From contig JBJKYD010000009.1 in the NCBI GenBank assembly GCA_045561295.1, positions 128,001 through 192,000 of the forward strand: a stretch of DNA of 64,000 nt, read 5' to 3'. This document shows, piece by piece, positions 61,467-64,000 of the stretch. Position 1 is the first letter of the stretch, and each line of letters starts with the position of its first letter. Below the pieces are notes generated by a model that saw nothing but the letters and a program-made list of their open reading frames with translations, searched no databases and was not told where the DNA came from. This DNA comes from Gammaproteobacteria bacterium (GTDB taxonomy: Bacteria; Pseudomonadota; Gammaproteobacteria; GCA-002705445; GCA-002716945). Both the position numbers and the translations under genes were made by a program.

Positions 61467-61530
61467 AATGTATGTTTAAATAATTACTTAAAAACTATAT
61501 CATAGTCAAAAAATTAAAATAGGAGTAGAA

Positions 61531-62079
61531 ATGAGTGAAAAAATGACAATGCGTGTTGGTGAATCACTAGTCGCTGGAGGTCCTGCCGGCACAGCTGCTG
61601 AGCCTGAAGTAATCATAGGTGAGCTTGACGGGCCTTTCGGTACTGCCTTTGCAAATCTATTAGGTGACCAAGCCAAAGGACATTCGAAAGTCTTAGCAAT
61701 TATGAATACAGATATTATGGTTAAACCTGCAACGCTTATGGTCAGTAAAGTTTCAGTTGATAATACTAGATATACTAATATTCTAATGGGTACGGTTCAA
61801 GGCGCTATAGCAAATGGAGTTTTAGATTCTGTAAGAGACGGCACTATAGATAAAAATAAAGCAAATGATCTTGGAATTATTGTATCGGTCTGGCTTAATC
61901 CAAGTGTAAGTAAAGATGATAATTTAGATCATAAAATTCTTTTTGATATTCATAGAAAAGCGACACATCAAGCTATTAAAAAAGCTATGAATAACGAACC
62001 GTCGATAGATTGGTTATTAGAAAATCAAGATAATCTGATTCATAAATATTATCAAATGGGCCTAGATGGTAAAATATAA
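61531..62079 (+). CDS. fae: Formaldehyde-activating enzyme homologue (divergent Fae2/Fae3-like)
   Basis: VGESLV, VKPATLMVSKVSV, MGTVQGAIA, ANDLGIIVSVW, AMNNEP align to Fae; RBS AGGAG. Confidence 0.88.
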   Translation: MSEKMTMRVGESLVAGGPAGTAAEPEVIIGELDGPFGTAFANLLGDQAKGHSKVLAIMNTDIMVKPATLMVSKVSVDNTRYTNILMGTVQGAIANGVLDSVRDGTIDKNKANDLGIIVSVWLNPSVSKDDNLDHKILFDIHRKATHQAIKKAMNNEPSIDWLLENQDNLIHKYYQMGLDGKI

Positions 62080-62082
62080 ATA

Positions 62083-62940
62083 ATGTTTAATCGAATGAAT
62101 AACTATTTTCTATTAATGCGATTGAACAAACCTATAGGCATTTATCTACTTATGTGGCCTATGCTTTGGGCTTTTTGGGTATCTGCGAATGGACAACCAA
62201 ATATATTTTACTTATTACTATTTATGATAGGCGCTGTACTCACAAGGTCCGCTGGTTGTGTCATTAATGATTACTTTGATAGAGATATTGATTCTAAAGT
62301 AGAAAGAACGAAAGAGAGAATGTTAGTCTCTGGCAAAGTTAGCTCAAATGAGGCTACAATTATTTTTATAGCTCTTATATCATTATGTATCTTACTTCTG
62401 CTAATGATTGGAGCTGATATTCTTATCTATGCCTTAATTTCATTCTGTCTACTTGTTATTTACCCCATCTCAAAAAGAGTGATTAAAATTCCTCAGTTAA
62501 TTCTAGGCATAGCTTTTGGATCAAGCATACCAATGGTTTACATAGTCCAAATTGGAGAAGTTGATACTTCATGCATACTGCTTTATCTGGCCACAATTTC
62601 ATGGGCGATATCTTATGATACTTACTATGCGATAGCAGATAAGCAGGATGATATAAAAATAGGAAATAAATCGTCAGCAATTTTGTTTGGAAATAATGAT
62701 ATTCACGCACCTTATTGGCTACAAATGTTAACTATAACTTTATTAATAATTGTCGGTTTGATAAACAATTTGAATTTAATTTTCTATGTTGCATTATTTT
62801 TAGCTACACTAATATGCATCTATCAGAAAATTTTAGTATCTAGTCGAAAACCATATCAATGTATCTCAGCTTTTGAAAATAATAATTACTTTGGATTAAT
62901 AATCTTTTTTGGACTACTATTAAGCTACCTTTATGAATAA
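62083..62940 (+). CDS. ubiA: 4-hydroxybenzoate polyprenyltransferase
   Basis: [38 protein letters not shown]. Confidence 0.96.
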   Translation: MFNRMNNYFLLMRLNKPIGIYLLMWPMLWAFWVSANGQPNIFYLLLFMIGAVLTRSAGCVINDYFDRDIDSKVERTKERMLVSGKVSSNEATIIFIALISLCILLLLMIGADILIYALISFCLLVIYPISKRVIKIPQLILGIAFGSSIPMVYIVQIGEVDTSCILLYLATISWAISYDTYYAIADKQDDIKIGNKSSAILFGNNDIHAPYWLQMLTITLLIIVGLINNLNLIFYVALFLATLICIYQKILVSSRKPYQCISAFENNNYFGLIIFFGLLLSYLYE

Positions 62941-63877
62941 AAATACTAAAAAATGGAAACTTGATGATATAGAAAATCTATATCGTCTACCTTTTAATGA
63001 TCTTATTTTTAAAGCTCATTCTATTCATAGAGAGCATCATGATCCTAATAAAATTCAAGTCTCGACATTAATGTCTATCAAGACTGGTGGCTGCCCTGAA
63101 GATTGTAAATATTGTTCACAAAGTATCAAATACAATACTGATGTAGAAATTGAAAAACTGCTTTCTGTTGAAGATGTCATTGATCAGGCGAAAGCTGCGA
63201 AAGACTCTGGTGCATCTAGGTTTTGTATGGGTGCTGCATGGAGAAATCTAAACGATAGTAACCTAGAAAAGATTAAAGATATGGTCAAAGCTGTAAAGAA
63301 TCTTAACCTAGAGACCTGCTTAACGCTAGGTATGTTAAAAAAAGAGCAAGCAGATTCTCTCAAAGAATGTGGATTAGATTATTATAATCATAATTTAGAT
63401 AGTTCGGAAGAGTATTACAGCAAAGTTGTATCCACAAGAACTTATCAAGATAGACTCAATACATTAAGTTATGTCAGAGATGCAGGTATAAAAGTATGCA
63501 CTGGTGGTATATTAGGTCTTGGCGAAGAAAATATAGACCGGCTAAAACTTATTGAAGTACTTTGTAATATGGAAGAACAACCAGAGTCAGTTCCGATGAA
63601 CAAACTAGTAAAGATTGATGGGACGCCATACTCAGAAAATGAAAATGTTGATAACTTCGATTTCATAAGAGTTATAGCTATTTCAAGAATTACTATGCCA
63701 AAGACTTTTGTGAGATTATCTGCAGGAAGAGATAGTATGAATGATGAGATGCAAGCATTATGTTTCTTTGCTGGGGCAAATTCCATATTTTATGGTGATG
63801 AGCTACTTACAACAAAAAATTCCTCTATTAATCATGACAAAGTTCTGATGGATAAACTTAGCATTAAAACTCTATAA
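62933..63877 (+). CDS. bioB: Biotin synthase
   Basis: [35 protein letters not shown]. Confidence 0.98.
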   Translation: MNKNTKKWKLDDIENLYRLPFNDLIFKAHSIHREHHDPNKIQVSTLMSIKTGGCPEDCKYCSQSIKYNTDVEIEKLLSVEDVIDQAKAAKDSGASRFCMGAAWRNLNDSNLEKIKDMVKAVKNLNLETCLTLGMLKKEQADSLKECGLDYYNHNLDSSEEYYSKVVSTRTYQDRLNTLSYVRDAGIKVCTGGILGLGEENIDRLKLIEVLCNMEEQPESVPMNKLVKIDGTPYSENENVDNFDFIRVIAISRITMPKTFVRLSAGRDSMNDEMQALCFFAGANSIFYGDELLTTKNSSINHDKVLMDKLSIKTL

Positions 63878-63879
63878 TC

Positions 63880-64000
63880 TTGACGTCTTTCAAAAATCAA
63901 ATAAAAAAAATAAATTCCCTAGGCTACTTAAGAACAAGGTCTGTTATAAATGTTGAGAAGAGTACTAAAGTAAATTTAGGCAATAAAATAGTGACATCCT
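63880..64000 (+). CDS. bioF: Probable 8-amino-7-oxononanoate synthase, 5' fragment
   Basis: TTG start right after bioB; open frame MTSFKNQIKKINSLGYLRTRSVINVEKSTKVNLGNKIVTS to window end resembles a BioF N-terminus; call rests largely on synteny. Confidence 0.6.
   Translation, partial: MTSFKNQIKKINSLGYLRTRSVINVEKSTKVNLGNKIVTS

Overview
AT-rich (visually about 30% GC), extremely compact chromosomal segment of a genome-streamlined gammaproteobacterium-like organism, probably marine or oligotrophic (inference from composition and gene order). It is almost all core housekeeping: rpoZ/gmk, folA-thyA-lgt, ubi/pepP/zapA, ilvA/rpiA, rplM-rpsI, trp operon, tkt-gap-pgk-pyk-fba, rpoD, tRNA-Ile2, his-tat, trk-fmt-def, topA, hem, ubiA, bio. 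I found no mobile elements or CRISPR array. Non-routine content: (1) a dispersed one-carbon/glyoxylate toolkit, namely an sga-hpr-gck operon, a divergent Fae homologue lacking the canonical catalytic His context, and orphan electron carriers (XylA-like 2Fe-2S ferredoxin, rubredoxin, pseudoazurin); (2) a 96-aa, 60% Lys/Arg histone-H1/Hc2-like tandem-repeat protein; (3) an unknown membrane protein with an internal repeat; (4) a candidate ~50-nt sRNA with promoter, anti-Shine-Dalgarno sequence and terminator at about 42877-42960; (5) apparent frameshifts in rpoD (two) and at the 5' end of rplM, most likely sequence errors; (6) many genes missing from conserved neighbourhoods (ssrS/ygfA, gph, hisI, dprA, rsmB, thiD). 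All calls come from reading the sequence and recalled family motifs; no searches were run.
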